Numbered from the stretch's first letter, positions 1 to 9,419 are shown. The stretch is 64,000 bases of DNA from a candidate division FCPU426 bacterium (GCA_003159495.1 PLPI01000054.1:8409-72408); one strand, 5' to 3'. Program-made: numbers and translations. Notes: a model not told the origin generated them from the sequence alone.

Positions 1-50
1 AAAAAGTCCCGCCTGAACGGCCGGCTTTGCCTTTACTTTAATAATTATAA

Positions 51-89
51 ATTGTACTTTTTGGTTTTGCCTTTCAACTTTTACATTTT
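51..89 (+). repeat. Dispersed AT-rich intergenic repeat ('T motif', core TTTTTGGTTTTG); copy 1, preceded at 1-22 by an 'aaaaagtcccgcc' head also found at 23281
   Basis: attgtactttttggttttgcctttcaacttttacatttt. Near-identical cores at 13101, 17747, 20871, 23835 and, in reverse orientation, 55533, with a degenerate copy at 55654. Confidence 0.6.
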
Positions 90-165
90 CCGCTGTAATT
101 GTGAATTGATAATATGACCCGATATGCTATAATAATTGAAATATTTTTTTTGAAAGGCGGATAAT

Positions 166-795
166 TTGGATATATACGGTATTGCCGTTCAGATAGTTGT
201 GCTTGTATTTTCGGTCATAGTACATGAGGTGAGCCACGGGTTTGCGGCGTATAAACTCGGCGACCCGACGGCCAAAAGGGAGGGCAGGCTGACATTGAAT
301 CCGCTGCCCCATATTGACCCGTTTATGTCGATACTTATGCCCGTTTTTTTGATATTTACTCACGCGGGGTTCATAATCGGCGGGGCAAAACCCGTTCCCA
401 TTAATCCGCTTTATTTCAGCCATCACAGGCGCGATATAATGCTTACAAGCCTTGCCGGGCCGGGTTCGAACCTTCTGCTCGGGCTGGTTTGCGCGCTGCT
501 GCTTAAGGTAATCAGCGTGGTTCCGGCGGCGCAACTGCCGGCTGTTGAAATGCTTTTATCATACGGCCTTTTGATTAATGTCGGGCTGGCTGTTTTCAAT
601 CTTATACCTATACCGCCGCTTGACGGCAGCAAGGTGCTGGCTTTTTTCCTGCCCGCGCGCATGGAGGAGGCTTATTACCGTATAGAGCCGTTCGGCATAT
701 TTATAATCATGGCCCTTATGTTTACGGGGATGTTTAACTACATATTCCCGCCGATTTTTCATTTTGTTATGAACCTTTTCAGCATGCTTCAATGA
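166..795 (+). CDS. Peptidase M50 family (site-2 protease-like) integral membrane zinc metalloprotease
   Basis: HEVSHG (HExxH) inside a hydrophobic helix, polytopic 209-aa protein, LDGS motif near the C-terminus. Apparent TTG start. Confidence 0.7.
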   Translation: MDIYGIAVQIVVLVFSVIVHEVSHGFAAYKLGDPTAKREGRLTLNPLPHIDPFMSILMPVFLIFTHAGFIIGGAKPVPINPLYFSHHRRDIMLTSLAGPGSNLLLGLVCALLLKVISVVPAAQLPAVEMLLSYGLLINVGLAVFNLIPIPPLDGSKVLAFFLPARMEEAYYRIEPFGIFIIMALMFTGMFNYIFPPIFHFVMNLFSMLQ

Positions 796-814
796 AATAA
801 ACGGAGGATTTTTT

Positions 815-1792
815 ATGAAGACAGTTCTGTCGGGAATGAGGCCCACGGGAAAACTGCACCTGGGGCACCTTGAGGGAGTACTAAAAAGTTATATAGACAT
901 GCAGGATACATACAGGGCCTTTTATATGGTCGCGGACTGGCACGCCCTGACGACAAATTATGAATCACCGGAGATGACCGGCGATAACACCCTTGAAATG
1001 TTCAAGGACTGGCTCTCCGTCGGCATATCGCCTGATAAAGCCGTCATGTTCGTCCAGTCGGCGGTTTCGGAACACGCGGAACTTTTTCTTCTGCTTTCCA
1101 TGCTCACACCCGTGCCGTGGCTTGAGAGAAACCCGACATATAAGGAACAAAGGCAGGAACTTTCGGGAAAGGACCTTTCAACATTCGGATTTTTGGGTTA
1201 TCCCGTGCTGATGGCTGCGGACATACTGGTTTACAGGGCCGAAGTTGTGCCCATAGGCGAGGATCAGCGCCCGCATCTTGAGCTTGCCAGGGAAATGGTG
1301 CGCAGGTTTAACAACCTTTACGGCAATTTTTTTCCGGAACCGCAGGAGATACTCACAAAGTACCCCAAACTGCCCGGAATTGACGGCAGGAAAATGTCAA
1401 AGAGTTACAACAATGCCATATATCTCACGGATGACGAGAAAACCGTCAATGACAAGGCTTCAAAGATGTTCACCGACCCGGCAAAAATAAGAAAGAACGA
1501 CCCGGGCCATCCGGAAAACTGCGTTGTATGCGCCTTCCACAGGATATATAACGCCGCCGCATGCGAAACGGTCGAGGCGGAATGCAAAAGCGGCGCGCGC
1601 GGGTGTGTGGACTGCAAAAAACAGGTTGCGGTAAAAATAAACGAGAGGCTTGCCCCTATCAGGCTCAAACGCGCTGAAATAGACAAAGACCCGGGAATGA
1701 TAACCGGACTGATAGCCTCCGGCAATGCGAAGGCAAAAGCCGCGGCAGGCGAGACAATGAAGAACGTCAGGAAACTGATGAAACTGGCTTGA
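815..1792 (+). CDS. trpS: Tryptophan--tRNA ligase with a Cys-rich C-terminal segment
   Basis: Class I aaRS HIGH-type signature (RPTGKLHLGHL) and KMSKS. RBS GGAGG upstream. C-terminal C-x6-C-x2-C cluster. Confidence 0.9.
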   Translation: MKTVLSGMRPTGKLHLGHLEGVLKSYIDMQDTYRAFYMVADWHALTTNYESPEMTGDNTLEMFKDWLSVGISPDKAVMFVQSAVSEHAELFLLLSMLTPVPWLERNPTYKEQRQELSGKDLSTFGFLGYPVLMAADILVYRAEVVPIGEDQRPHLELAREMVRRFNNLYGNFFPEPQEILTKYPKLPGIDGRKMSKSYNNAIYLTDDEKTVNDKASKMFTDPAKIRKNDPGHPENCVVCAFHRIYNAAACETVEAECKSGARGCVDCKKQVAVKINERLAPIRLKRAEIDKDPGMITGLIASGNAKAKAAAGETMKNVRKLMKLA

Positions 1793-1819
1793 TAATAGCC
1801 GTAAAAAAACGGGAGCGAC

Positions 1820-2569
1820 ATGGCTGAAGAAGATTACCAGTTAAAGCTGGCTGTTTTTGAGGGGCCCTTTGACCTTTTACTTTACCTCATTAAAAAGAAC
1901 CAGATAGACATTTATGACATACCCATAGCCAAGATTACCGAGGAATACATCGGGTATCTTGATATGATGCAAAAAATGAACCTTGACGTGGCAAGTGAAT
2001 TTATCGTCATAGCGGCGACTCTTATTTACATAAAGGCAAAAATGCTTCTGCCGAAAGACGAGATACTCGAGGCGCAGGACGAGGACCCCAGGATGGAACT
2101 GGTCCAGCACCTTGTGGAATACTCCATGTTCAAGGAAATTTCCGAAAAGATGAGGATATACGAATCAAAGAAAAGGGACCTTTTTGAAAGGCTCTACCCG
2201 CTTAATGTGGCCAAGGAGGACCAGGAGCTTTCGCTTGATGTGTACGCCCTTGTAAAGGCGATGGACTCCGTGCTCGACAGGCTAAAGGAAAGAAAGACAA
2301 TTGTCATACCCGGCGAGCGCATGAAGGTAAAGGACAGGATGCATGAAATAATAGAAAAGCTGCGCGCTGCGAACGAGGCGGTGAGTTTCTTTGAGATGTG
2401 TGCGGCGAAAAACGACAGGATATATATAATAGCCCTCTTTCTGGCCATGCTTGAGCTTTTAAGGCTGAAGATAATAAGCGTGAACCAGAACGAGCTGTTT
2501 ACCGACATTAATATTTATTTAACACGGGATGATTTTGACGCAGCAATACTTCAGAATATGGGTGAATAA
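1820..2569 (+). CDS. scpA: Segregation and condensation protein A (kleisin)
   Basis: N-terminal FEGPFDLLLYLIKKNQIDIYDIPIA motif typical of ScpA. Immediately followed by scpB. Confidence 0.85.
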   Translation: MAEEDYQLKLAVFEGPFDLLLYLIKKNQIDIYDIPIAKITEEYIGYLDMMQKMNLDVASEFIVIAATLIYIKAKMLLPKDEILEAQDEDPRMELVQHLVEYSMFKEISEKMRIYESKKRDLFERLYPLNVAKEDQELSLDVYALVKAMDSVLDRLKERKTIVIPGERMKVKDRMHEIIEKLRAANEAVSFFEMCAAKNDRIYIIALFLAMLELLRLKIISVNQNELFTDINIYLTRDDFDAAILQNMGE

Positions 2570-2571
2570 AA

Positions 2572-3495
2572 ATGAGACAGGAAGAACTTGACAGGACTAT
2601 ACAGGCGCTGCTTTTTACCTCGGACAAGCCGTTATCCGGAGGCGTGATAGCCGGCGTTGTGGAAAAAAAGGAAAAGGAAGTGGCCGAGGCGGTGCAGCGC
2701 ATAAATTCCCACCTGCATGAGACGGGCTCGCCTGTTTCCATCAGGGAGATTGCAGGCGGCTATGAATTTTTGACGCTGCCGGAATACGCGCCGCACATCA
2801 AAAAGCTTTACAAGAACAGGTTCATGACGAGGCTCTCGAGGCCGTCGCTTGAAGTGCTTGCCATAATAGCGTACAAACAGCCCATAACAAAACAGGAAGT
2901 GGAATCCATCCGCGGGGTTAACTCCGACGGTGTTTACCACACGCTGCTCGAAAGAAAACTTGTGAAGATAGCCGGAAGAAAAGAGGCGCCTGGAAGGCCC
3001 CTTCTTTACGGCACCACAAAGGAATTTATGCAGTACCTGGGCATAAATTCAATGGACGACCTGCCGAAAATAGAAGAGATAAAATCAATACTTGAAAAAG
3101 ACGAGTTCACCGAAAGCTGGGAAGACAGGATAGAAGTGGCAAAAAACCAGGCACAGTTCCAGTTCGACCCGGAACAGGGCAAACAGACTCCGGGCGTAAA
3201 GGTTACATCGCTTGCCGAGGATTTATCGGCAATGGAAAAAGAAGATGCGGATTTAAAGGAAAAGTTTAAGGTTGAGAATGAGGAAAAAGAAAAAGAGAAT
3301 GGGGGCGATGACGTGGAAATTAAGGATGATGAAATAAAAGAGGATGATGAACTGAAAGGCGAAGGCGAAGACGGTGATGAAGACGAAGAAGACGAGGACG
3401 ATGACGATAAAGAAGATGAGGATGACGACGAAGACGAAGATGAGGACGATGACGATGAAGATGAAGATGAAGAGCAGGAGGATGAAAAGCAATGA
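2572..3495 (+). CDS. scpB: Segregation and condensation protein B with an ~120-aa poly-acidic C-terminal tail
   Basis: ScpB-like N-terminal tandem winged-helix region (IQALLFTSDKPLS...). The 3' third encodes almost pure D/E/K low complexity. Confidence 0.8.
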   Translation: MRQEELDRTIQALLFTSDKPLSGGVIAGVVEKKEKEVAEAVQRINSHLHETGSPVSIREIAGGYEFLTLPEYAPHIKKLYKNRFMTRLSRPSLEVLAIIAYKQPITKQEVESIRGVNSDGVYHTLLERKLVKIAGRKEAPGRPLLYGTTKEFMQYLGINSMDDLPKIEEIKSILEKDEFTESWEDRIEVAKNQAQFQFDPEQGKQTPGVKVTSLAEDLSAMEKEDADLKEKFKVENEEKEKENGGDDVEIKDDEIKEDDELKGEGEDGDEDEEDEDDDDKEDEDDDEDEDEDDDDEDEDEEQEDEKQ

Positions 3496-4280
3496 GCATG
3501 CGTAAGCCTGGTTCGGGCGGCGGCGAGTCAAAGCCCCGGCAGGACGAACTGCACGGCAACGGGATGAAACTCCAGCAGTTTATAGCGCATGCGGGTATAA
3601 CGTCAAGGCGCAAAGCCGAAGAATTCATCCGTGAAGGCAGGGTTACGATCAACGGCAGTGTTGTGAAAGATGTGACAGCACGGGTGAACGAATCAAAGGA
3701 CCATGTGAAAGTAGACGGCTCGCTCATACGACAGGAAGCTAAAATATATATTGTAATGAACAAACCCGAGGGATGCATAACGACGGTTTCCGACGACAAG
3801 GGCAGGCCGACTGTGGTTGACCTGTTAAAACCCACCATCAGGGAACGGATTTACCCGGTCGGCAGGCTGGATTTTAACACCACCGGGACGCTGATGCTGA
3901 CCAATGACGGAGATTTCGCCAACAGCGTCATGCACCCGAGTTTTGAAATCGAGAAAAAATATACCGCAAAACTTCAGGGCAGGATAAGCAGTTTTGCCTT
4001 GAACAGGCTGAAAAAAGGGGTTAAAATAGGCGACGAACGCAGGTTCGTAAGGCCTGCTGACGCAGGGTTGTACAAGCGAAACGATGCCAATGATGTAATT
4101 TACATAGTCATCAGGGAAGGCATGAACCACCAGGTAAAAAAAATGATAGAAGCCGTCGGAGCCTCGGTTGTCAGGCTTCGCAGGGAAAATGTGGGAAAAA
4201 TAAGCGACAGGGGGCTCTCCGCCGGGCAGTGGCGGTACCTGACGCCCGATGAGATTAAATATTTCAAAAGGGGCAAATGA
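3492..4280 (+). CDS. rluB: Pseudouridine synthase, RsuA/RluB family, with an S4 RNA-binding domain
   Basis: S4 domain (GITSRRKAEEFIREGRVTING) plus catalytic GRLD motif (YPVGRLDFNTTGTLMLTNDG). An alternative in-frame ATG lies at 3564. Confidence 0.7.
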   Translation: MSMRKPGSGGGESKPRQDELHGNGMKLQQFIAHAGITSRRKAEEFIREGRVTINGSVVKDVTARVNESKDHVKVDGSLIRQEAKIYIVMNKPEGCITTVSDDKGRPTVVDLLKPTIRERIYPVGRLDFNTTGTLMLTNDGDFANSVMHPSFEIEKKYTAKLQGRISSFALNRLKKGVKIGDERRFVRPADAGLYKRNDANDVIYIVIREGMNHQVKKMIEAVGASVVRLRRENVGKISDRGLSAGQWRYLTPDEIKYFKRGK

Positions 4281-4283
4281 CGG

Positions 4284-5351
4284 ATGAAAAATCTCGGCAG
4301 CGTAAGGAAGAAAATTGACGGCATAGACCTCAAAATAGCCGCGCTTTTGCAAAAACGCGCGGCTGTTTCAAAAAAGGTAGCCGGGATAAAACATCAGCAG
4401 GATAAAAAGATATACGACCCGGCGCGCGAGGTTGAGGTGTTAAAGAACGTCCTGGCCGTAAAGGGGGACCTTTCCCCCGAAGGGCTCAAGGCTATTTATA
4501 ACGAGATCATGTCCGAGTCGAGAAAACTCCAGAAAAAAATAAGCGTGGCATATCTGGGCCCGGTGGCGTCATATTCACACGAAGCAGCCATGAAGCATTT
4601 CGGGAAACAGACCGGATACCTGGCTGTAAATTCCATAAAAGAGGTATTTGAAGAGGTTGAAAAGGGCAACGCCGATTACGGCTGTGTGCCGATTGAAAAC
4701 TCCACCGAAGGCGCGGTGAATTATTCCTTTGATATGTTCGCCGATTCGGAACTGAAGATAATTTCAGAGACCATGCTGGACATAAATCACTGCCTTTTGT
4801 CCAATGAAAAATCCCTGAAAGATATAAAGGTTCTTTACGTACATCCGCAGACGCTCGGACAGTGCAGGGGATGGATAGATTCAAACCTTCCGGGTGTTGT
4901 CATAAAAGAGGCTTCGTCAAATTCAAAATCGGCCATGCTTTCGGCCTCTGAAAAAGGCTCCGCGGGAATTGCCGCGTCGCTTGCGTCGGCCGTTTACGGC
5001 GTAAAAATATTGGCAAACTCGATACAGGACCTCTCCGATAACGTGACCAGGTTCTTCATACTCGGCCGGCAGTCCACTGCAAAGACCGGGGACGACAAAA
5101 CTTCGATCATGGTTTCGATAAAGGACAAAGTCGGGGCGCTCTTTTTGTTGTTAAGGCCATTCACGAAATACGGCCTCAACCTGACCGGCATAGAGTCCAG
5201 GCCGTCAAAAAAGAAAGCATGGGATTATTTTTTCTTTGTTGATTTTTGCGGACATATGGCTGACGCCAGGGTAAAAAAGGCCCTTGCCGAGGTTGAAAAA
5301 CACTGCGGCGCGGTTAAAGTACTGGGTTCATACCCGAGATTTTCAAGATAA
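4284..5351 (+). CDS. pheA: Bifunctional chorismate mutase / prephenate dehydratase (P-protein)
   Basis: N-terminal AroQ chorismate mutase region, central PDT region, C-terminal ACT domain with ESRP and FFVD motifs. Confidence 0.85.
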   Translation: MKNLGSVRKKIDGIDLKIAALLQKRAAVSKKVAGIKHQQDKKIYDPAREVEVLKNVLAVKGDLSPEGLKAIYNEIMSESRKLQKKISVAYLGPVASYSHEAAMKHFGKQTGYLAVNSIKEVFEEVEKGNADYGCVPIENSTEGAVNYSFDMFADSELKIISETMLDINHCLLSNEKSLKDIKVLYVHPQTLGQCRGWIDSNLPGVVIKEASSNSKSAMLSASEKGSAGIAASLASAVYGVKILANSIQDLSDNVTRFFILGRQSTAKTGDDKTSIMVSIKDKVGALFLLLRPFTKYGLNLTGIESRPSKKKAWDYFFFVDFCGHMADARVKKALAEVEKHCGAVKVLGSYPRFSR

Positions 5352-5384
5352 AGGAATGCCGGAAGAAAAATACGTTTCCGGTTT

Positions 5385-5497
5385 GTTCCCGGTATATGAC
5401 ATTTTTATTGGATTGCCGCCCGGTATAATATAGACGGCCCCTGCGGGGCCATCATATGAGCGGCGCAAGGCCAATAAAAATGTCATATACCGGGAAC
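5385..5497. repeat. 113-bp MITE-like element with perfect 27-bp terminal inverted repeats
   Basis: 5385-5411 gttcccggtatatgacatttttattgg is the exact reverse complement of 5471-5497. The interior carries the GC hairpin ggcccctgcggggcc and a catatgagcggcgcaagg block shared with repeats at 23331 and 23747. Confidence 0.6.
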
Positions 5498-5589
5498 CAT
5501 GTAACAATGTGCCGTTTTTAGACGGTACAAAAGAATGAGCGTCTGAAGAATTTGTTGGTTTTTAATTTCAAAAATATAAAGGAGAAAAC

Positions 5590-6615
5590 ATGGCAAGGTC
5601 CGACCTTTACAAAAAAGCCGGCGTTGATATTGACGCGGCAGCCGGGGCCCTCAAAAGGGCAAAAACTTTCATCAAATCCACGTTTAATAAGAATGTCGCG
5701 GTCGATATAGGAAGCTTCGGCGGCGTTTATAAGATATCAAAGGACAAGTTCCTCGTTGCGTCGACGGACGGTGTCGGGACAAAGCTTAAAGTTGCGCAGC
5801 AGCTGGGCATCCACACAACGGTCGGACAGGATATAGTCAACCACTGCACGAACGATATACTTGTAATGGGAGCCAGACCGCTATTTTTTCTCGATTATTT
5901 TGGAACGGGAAAACTTGAGGGTAAAATACTCGTTGACGTGATTAACGGCCTTTCGAAGGCTTGCAGGGAGAACGGCTGCGTTTTGATAGGCGGCGAGACA
6001 GCCGAAATGCCCGGGCTTTATAAAAAAGGGGATTATGACCTGGTGGGGACGATTATCGGGGAAATAAACAATTCACGGATTATAACCGGTGAAAAGGTAA
6101 AACACGGCGATATTATACTGGGGCTTGCGTCGGCCGGGCTGCACACAAACGGATTTTCGCTTGCAAGGAGCGTTTTTGAGGCGGCGAAAATTCCATATAC
6201 TAAAAAAATAAGGGAACTCGGCACGACTCTCGGAGCGGCGCTTTTAAAACCGCACCGCTCATACCTGAATTCGGTGTTCCCGGCCGTGGAAAAATATTTC
6301 GGCTTCATTCACGGCATGGCACACCTGACGGGCGGCGGCTTTTACGACAATATAAACAGGGTGCTGCCGGACAACTGCGACGCGGTATGCCTGCGCGGTA
6401 CATGGCCGGTACTTCCAGTATTTAACCTTATCCAGAAAACCGGCAGCGTGGGGTGGCAGGAGATGCACAGGGTCTTTAATATGGGCATCGGCCTCACAAT
6501 GATTGTTGATAAGACCATGGCAAAAGAGATAGCGGCATTTATCGCAAAAAAAGGGGAAAAGGTTTTTGAAATAGGCCAGGTCATAAAAGGCAGCGGCAAA
6601 GTCATAGTCGAATAG
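5590..6615 (+). CDS. purM: Phosphoribosylformylglycinamidine cyclo-ligase (AIR synthetase)
   Basis: PurM N-terminal motif (DAGVDIDA), GETAEMPG motif, 341 aa. Strong RBS AAGGAG. Confidence 0.9.
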   Translation: MARSDLYKKAGVDIDAAAGALKRAKTFIKSTFNKNVAVDIGSFGGVYKISKDKFLVASTDGVGTKLKVAQQLGIHTTVGQDIVNHCTNDILVMGARPLFFLDYFGTGKLEGKILVDVINGLSKACRENGCVLIGGETAEMPGLYKKGDYDLVGTIIGEINNSRIITGEKVKHGDIILGLASAGLHTNGFSLARSVFEAAKIPYTKKIRELGTTLGAALLKPHRSYLNSVFPAVEKYFGFIHGMAHLTGGGFYDNINRVLPDNCDAVCLRGTWPVLPVFNLIQKTGSVGWQEMHRVFNMGIGLTMIVDKTMAKEIAAFIAKKGEKVFEIGQVIKGSGKVIVE

Positions 6616-6655
6616 TTTTTTTGGCGAACTATAACTATAATACAGGAGGTGTTTT

Positions 6656-7222
6656 ATGAGTCCCGTAATTAGCCCTGTTCTTACCGCTGTTCTGGTGGTT
6701 ATATTTGTGTCCATGGTAATCATAACCGGAATATTCAACAGGCTCGTGGCCTTAAAGAACAGGGCCGGCGAGGCATGGGCGCAGATAGACGTCCAGTTGA
6801 AATTAAGAAGCGACCTTGTGCCAAACCTGGTCGAGGCCGTCAAAGGCTACGCGGCCCACGAAAAATCGGTCCTTGAGAATGTGATAAAGGCGCGCGCCAT
6901 GGCAGCCGGGGCGGGCGGAGCGCAGAATGTTATAGAGGCCGATAACGCGTTAAGCGGGGCGTTAAAATCGCTTTTTGCGGTCACTGAAAATTATCCCGAA
7001 CTCAAGGCAAACGAGAATTTCATAAAACTGCAGGTGGAACTGGCGGGCATAGAGGAAAAAATAGCATACGCCAGGCAGTTTTACAACGAATGCGCCATGA
7101 AATACAACCAGTACCAGCAGGCCATGCCCGGAGTAATTTTTGCTTCCGCGTTCGGCCACAAGCAGGCCGTGTTTTTTCAGGTTGAGGATGCCGACAGACA
7201 GGCCCCGCAGGTAAAGTTCTGA
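6656..7222 (+). CDS. lemA: LemA family membrane protein
   Basis: N-terminal TM helix followed by the conserved LemA core (RLVALKNRAGEAWAQIDVQLKLRSDLVPNLVE). Confidence 0.8.
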   Translation: MSPVISPVLTAVLVVIFVSMVIITGIFNRLVALKNRAGEAWAQIDVQLKLRSDLVPNLVEAVKGYAAHEKSVLENVIKARAMAAGAGGAQNVIEADNALSGALKSLFAVTENYPELKANENFIKLQVELAGIEEKIAYARQFYNECAMKYNQYQQAMPGVIFASAFGHKQAVFFQVEDADRQAPQVKF

Positions 7223-7234
7223 CGGTAATATTCA

Positions 7235-8107
7235 ATGGTATATGAGGCAATAGAGCAAAACAAACGCAGTACATTCTTCCTGGTATTCTTTTTTATCCTG
7301 ATTATATCCGGCCTGGGTTATCTGATAGGAGAACTCTATAAAAATCCGTACACCGGGCTGATAATAGCTTTCTGCATATCGCTTTTTTCAGTGTGGACCT
7401 CATATTATTTCAGCGACTCGCTTATAATGGCTGTGAGCGGGGCGGTTGAAGCGGACAGGGCCATGTACACACAGTATATACTTTCCACAGAGGGGCTCTC
7501 CCTTGCGGCTGGGATAAAAATACCGAAAACTTATATTTTAAACAGCCCCTGCATTAACGCCTTCGCGACCGGCCGCGATTTGTCCCACGCGGCAATCTGC
7601 ATAACAACAGGGGCTTTTGAAAAACTCACAAAGACGGAGCTTGAAGGGGTTCTGGGCCACGAGATGAGCCATATAATTAATTATGACATACTCACCGGGG
7701 CCGTTTCAGCGGTGCTGGTGGGGATGACGGTGATACTCGCGGATATAATAAAAAGGAATATTTTCAGGAGCTCAATGGCAAGGGCGGGCGAAAGGCGCGG
7801 GTTGTTTTTTATAATAGGTTCGGTAATTGTGGCCGTACTGGCCCCGTTTGCCGCGCTGATAATAAGCTATGCGGTCTCTAGGCAGAGGGAATATCTTGCG
7901 GACGCTCAGTCCGTGCTGTTAACAAGGTATCCGCAGGGGCTCATTGGCGCCCTGGAAAAAATCAAAAAAGATTTCGCCCCGGCGCCCGGGCTGTATCAGG
8001 GGATGGAACACCTGTATATTTCAAATCCCTTTAAAATGGACGGCACTGCCATTTTTGCCACACACCCGCCGCTGGATGACAGGATAAACCGCCTCAAGTC
8101 AATGTGA
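7235..8107 (+). CDS. M48 family zinc metalloprotease (HtpX-like)
   Basis: HEMSH zinc-binding motif (GHEMSHIINYD), multiple TM helices, downstream glutamate ligand (REYLAD). The LemA/M48 gene pairing is a common arrangement. Confidence 0.75.
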   Translation: MVYEAIEQNKRSTFFLVFFFILIISGLGYLIGELYKNPYTGLIIAFCISLFSVWTSYYFSDSLIMAVSGAVEADRAMYTQYILSTEGLSLAAGIKIPKTYILNSPCINAFATGRDLSHAAICITTGAFEKLTKTELEGVLGHEMSHIINYDILTGAVSAVLVGMTVILADIIKRNIFRSSMARAGERRGLFFIIGSVIVAVLAPFAALIISYAVSRQREYLADAQSVLLTRYPQGLIGALEKIKKDFAPAPGLYQGMEHLYISNPFKMDGTAIFATHPPLDDRINRLKSM

Positions 8108-8146
8108 AACAGAGCAACTTTTTACTTCAGGTATTGTCTAATATAA

Positions 8147-8222
8147 CGGAGATGGAAAAGAGTAATTATATAAAGCTCCCTCACCTTTTAGATAATACTC
8201 TTTCTTCATCTCCGTTTTTTTT
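8147..8222 (+). terminator. Long-stem intrinsic terminator after the M48 protease gene
   Basis: Imperfect inverted repeat cggagatggaaaagagta (8147-8164) / tactctttcttcatctccg (8196-8214) followed by T8. Confidence 0.45.
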
Positions 8223-8234
8223 AAATATGAAAAG

Positions 8235-8960
8235 CTATTTAGAGGCCGAATCACCCGCAGGCGCGGTGGAATCCTCTTCAAACGCAAAACCATAGCTGAT
8301 ATTAACCATCCATGTACCCAGGCTTTTGTACTGCTTATCAAGCGAATATTGCCCCGTAAAAACCGGGTTTATCTTTATGCCCGCGAATGTATAGCTTGCG
8401 CCGATAGTTCCGGCGGCGGCTGTAAATGACGGGGTATAGCCGTTATCCCCGAAATTGTATCCGGCGTTAAGCCCGCCGTTGATGCCGATTCCAAAAAATT
8501 CGAGCTCCTGCGATACGCCGAGTTCGGCGTATCCGCCTTTGCCGAATATGGGGTCGAAATAATATGAAATGTAGGGTTTTGACGGTACATCAACGCTTAA
8601 CGTGCCGAAGAGTTCATTGGATGTGAAAAGCACCGAGGGGTGCGTATAAATCCAGTAACCGGACGACGCGGAGAGAAGCGGTATAAAAGGGACGGAATCG
8701 GTGAAAGAGACCCTGTAATCAGATTCCTCGAAAAGTCCGGTGTCAATTGAGTAGGATCCCCACCAGTCAAGGGTGAATTTATTGAGCCCGACGGATACTC
8801 CGGGCTGGATGACGGGCGTGTCGGATAAAAGCTGGCCCCTCCAGAGATATCTTCCGGCAAAAGCGCCGTAAACGGTTCCGGAAATTCCGGCAAAAACAGG
8901 TGTCAGGGAAGTAAAAATGAGAGAGGCAACAAGGATTAAAAATAAGGAAAGTTTTTTCAT
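8235..8960 (-). CDS. Hypothetical secreted / outer-membrane beta-barrel-like protein
   Basis: Start placed at MKKLSLFLILVASLIF, a typical signal peptide. Alternating hydrophobic/aromatic Gly-rich pattern. No recognisable catalytic motif. Confidence 0.5.
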   Translation of the reverse strand: MKKLSLFLILVASLIFTSLTPVFAGISGTVYGAFAGRYLWRGQLLSDTPVIQPGVSVGLNKFTLDWWGSYSIDTGLFEESDYRVSFTDSVPFIPLLSASSGYWIYTHPSVLFTSNELFGTLSVDVPSKPYISYYFDPIFGKGGYAELGVSQELEFFGIGINGGLNAGYNFGDNGYTPSFTAAAGTIGASYTFAGIKINPVFTGQYSLDKQYKSLGTWMVNISYGFAFEEDSTAPAGDSASK

Positions 8961-9137
8961 CAGAACCTCCGCGCAAGTAAGGTTAACAGCCTTTCCTATA
9001 ATATAGCATGTCTTAAAGCACAGGTCAATCTCCCGGCCGCCCGGATCTTCCATAATTTTTGCCTTTATTTATTTAAATGTTGATTATACCCGTTTCTGGC
9101 TGTATACTTTATTTGTTAATCAAACAGGCAGGAAAAA

Positions 9138-9419
9138 GTGAATAAAAAACTAATAAAAACAGCTGCTTTAATTTTAATATTGATTGTTACGTTTGCCGTT
9201 GCGGTTACGGCATTGCATCACCATGTCCGTGCCCATGACGGGGACAACTGCAAAATATGCTCTTTTATAATGGTTTTTACCGCGGCCGTCATACCGGCCG
9301 TAATATTGTTCCTTGCCGCCAGGGTATTTTGCGGCATGATTTTAGTCCCGGGAGAAGCAATATGTTCCGCGGAAAAGAGTTTTAACGTATCCCGTGCCCC
9401 TCCTTTTATTACAGCCTGA
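9138..9419 (+). CDS. Small two-TM membrane protein with a His/Cys-rich loop
   Basis: 93-aa ORF, GTG start with RBS. Motif HHHVRAHDGDNCKIC between two hydrophobic helices. First gene of the ABC transporter operon. Confidence 0.4.
   Translation: MNKKLIKTAALILILIVTFAVAVTALHHHVRAHDGDNCKICSFIMVFTAAVIPAVILFLAARVFCGMILVPGEAICSAEKSFNVSRAPPFITA

Noticed and set aside
3320-3838. 172-aa minus-strand ORF rich in His/Arg/Leu
   Set aside because: It is the antisense reading of the poly-acidic codon repeats of the scpB tail and start of the pseudouridine synthase gene; low-complexity artefact.
5352-5589. Possibility of a purine or ZTP riboswitch upstream of purM
   Set aside because: The spacer does not show the conserved cores of the purine or pfl/ZTP riboswitches that I can recall; the structure is better explained by the 27-bp TIR element.
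8104-8295. 63-aa plus-strand ORF after the M48 protease gene
   Set aside because: Spans a terminator hairpin and the 3' end of the convergent OMP gene; no RBS; likely non-coding.
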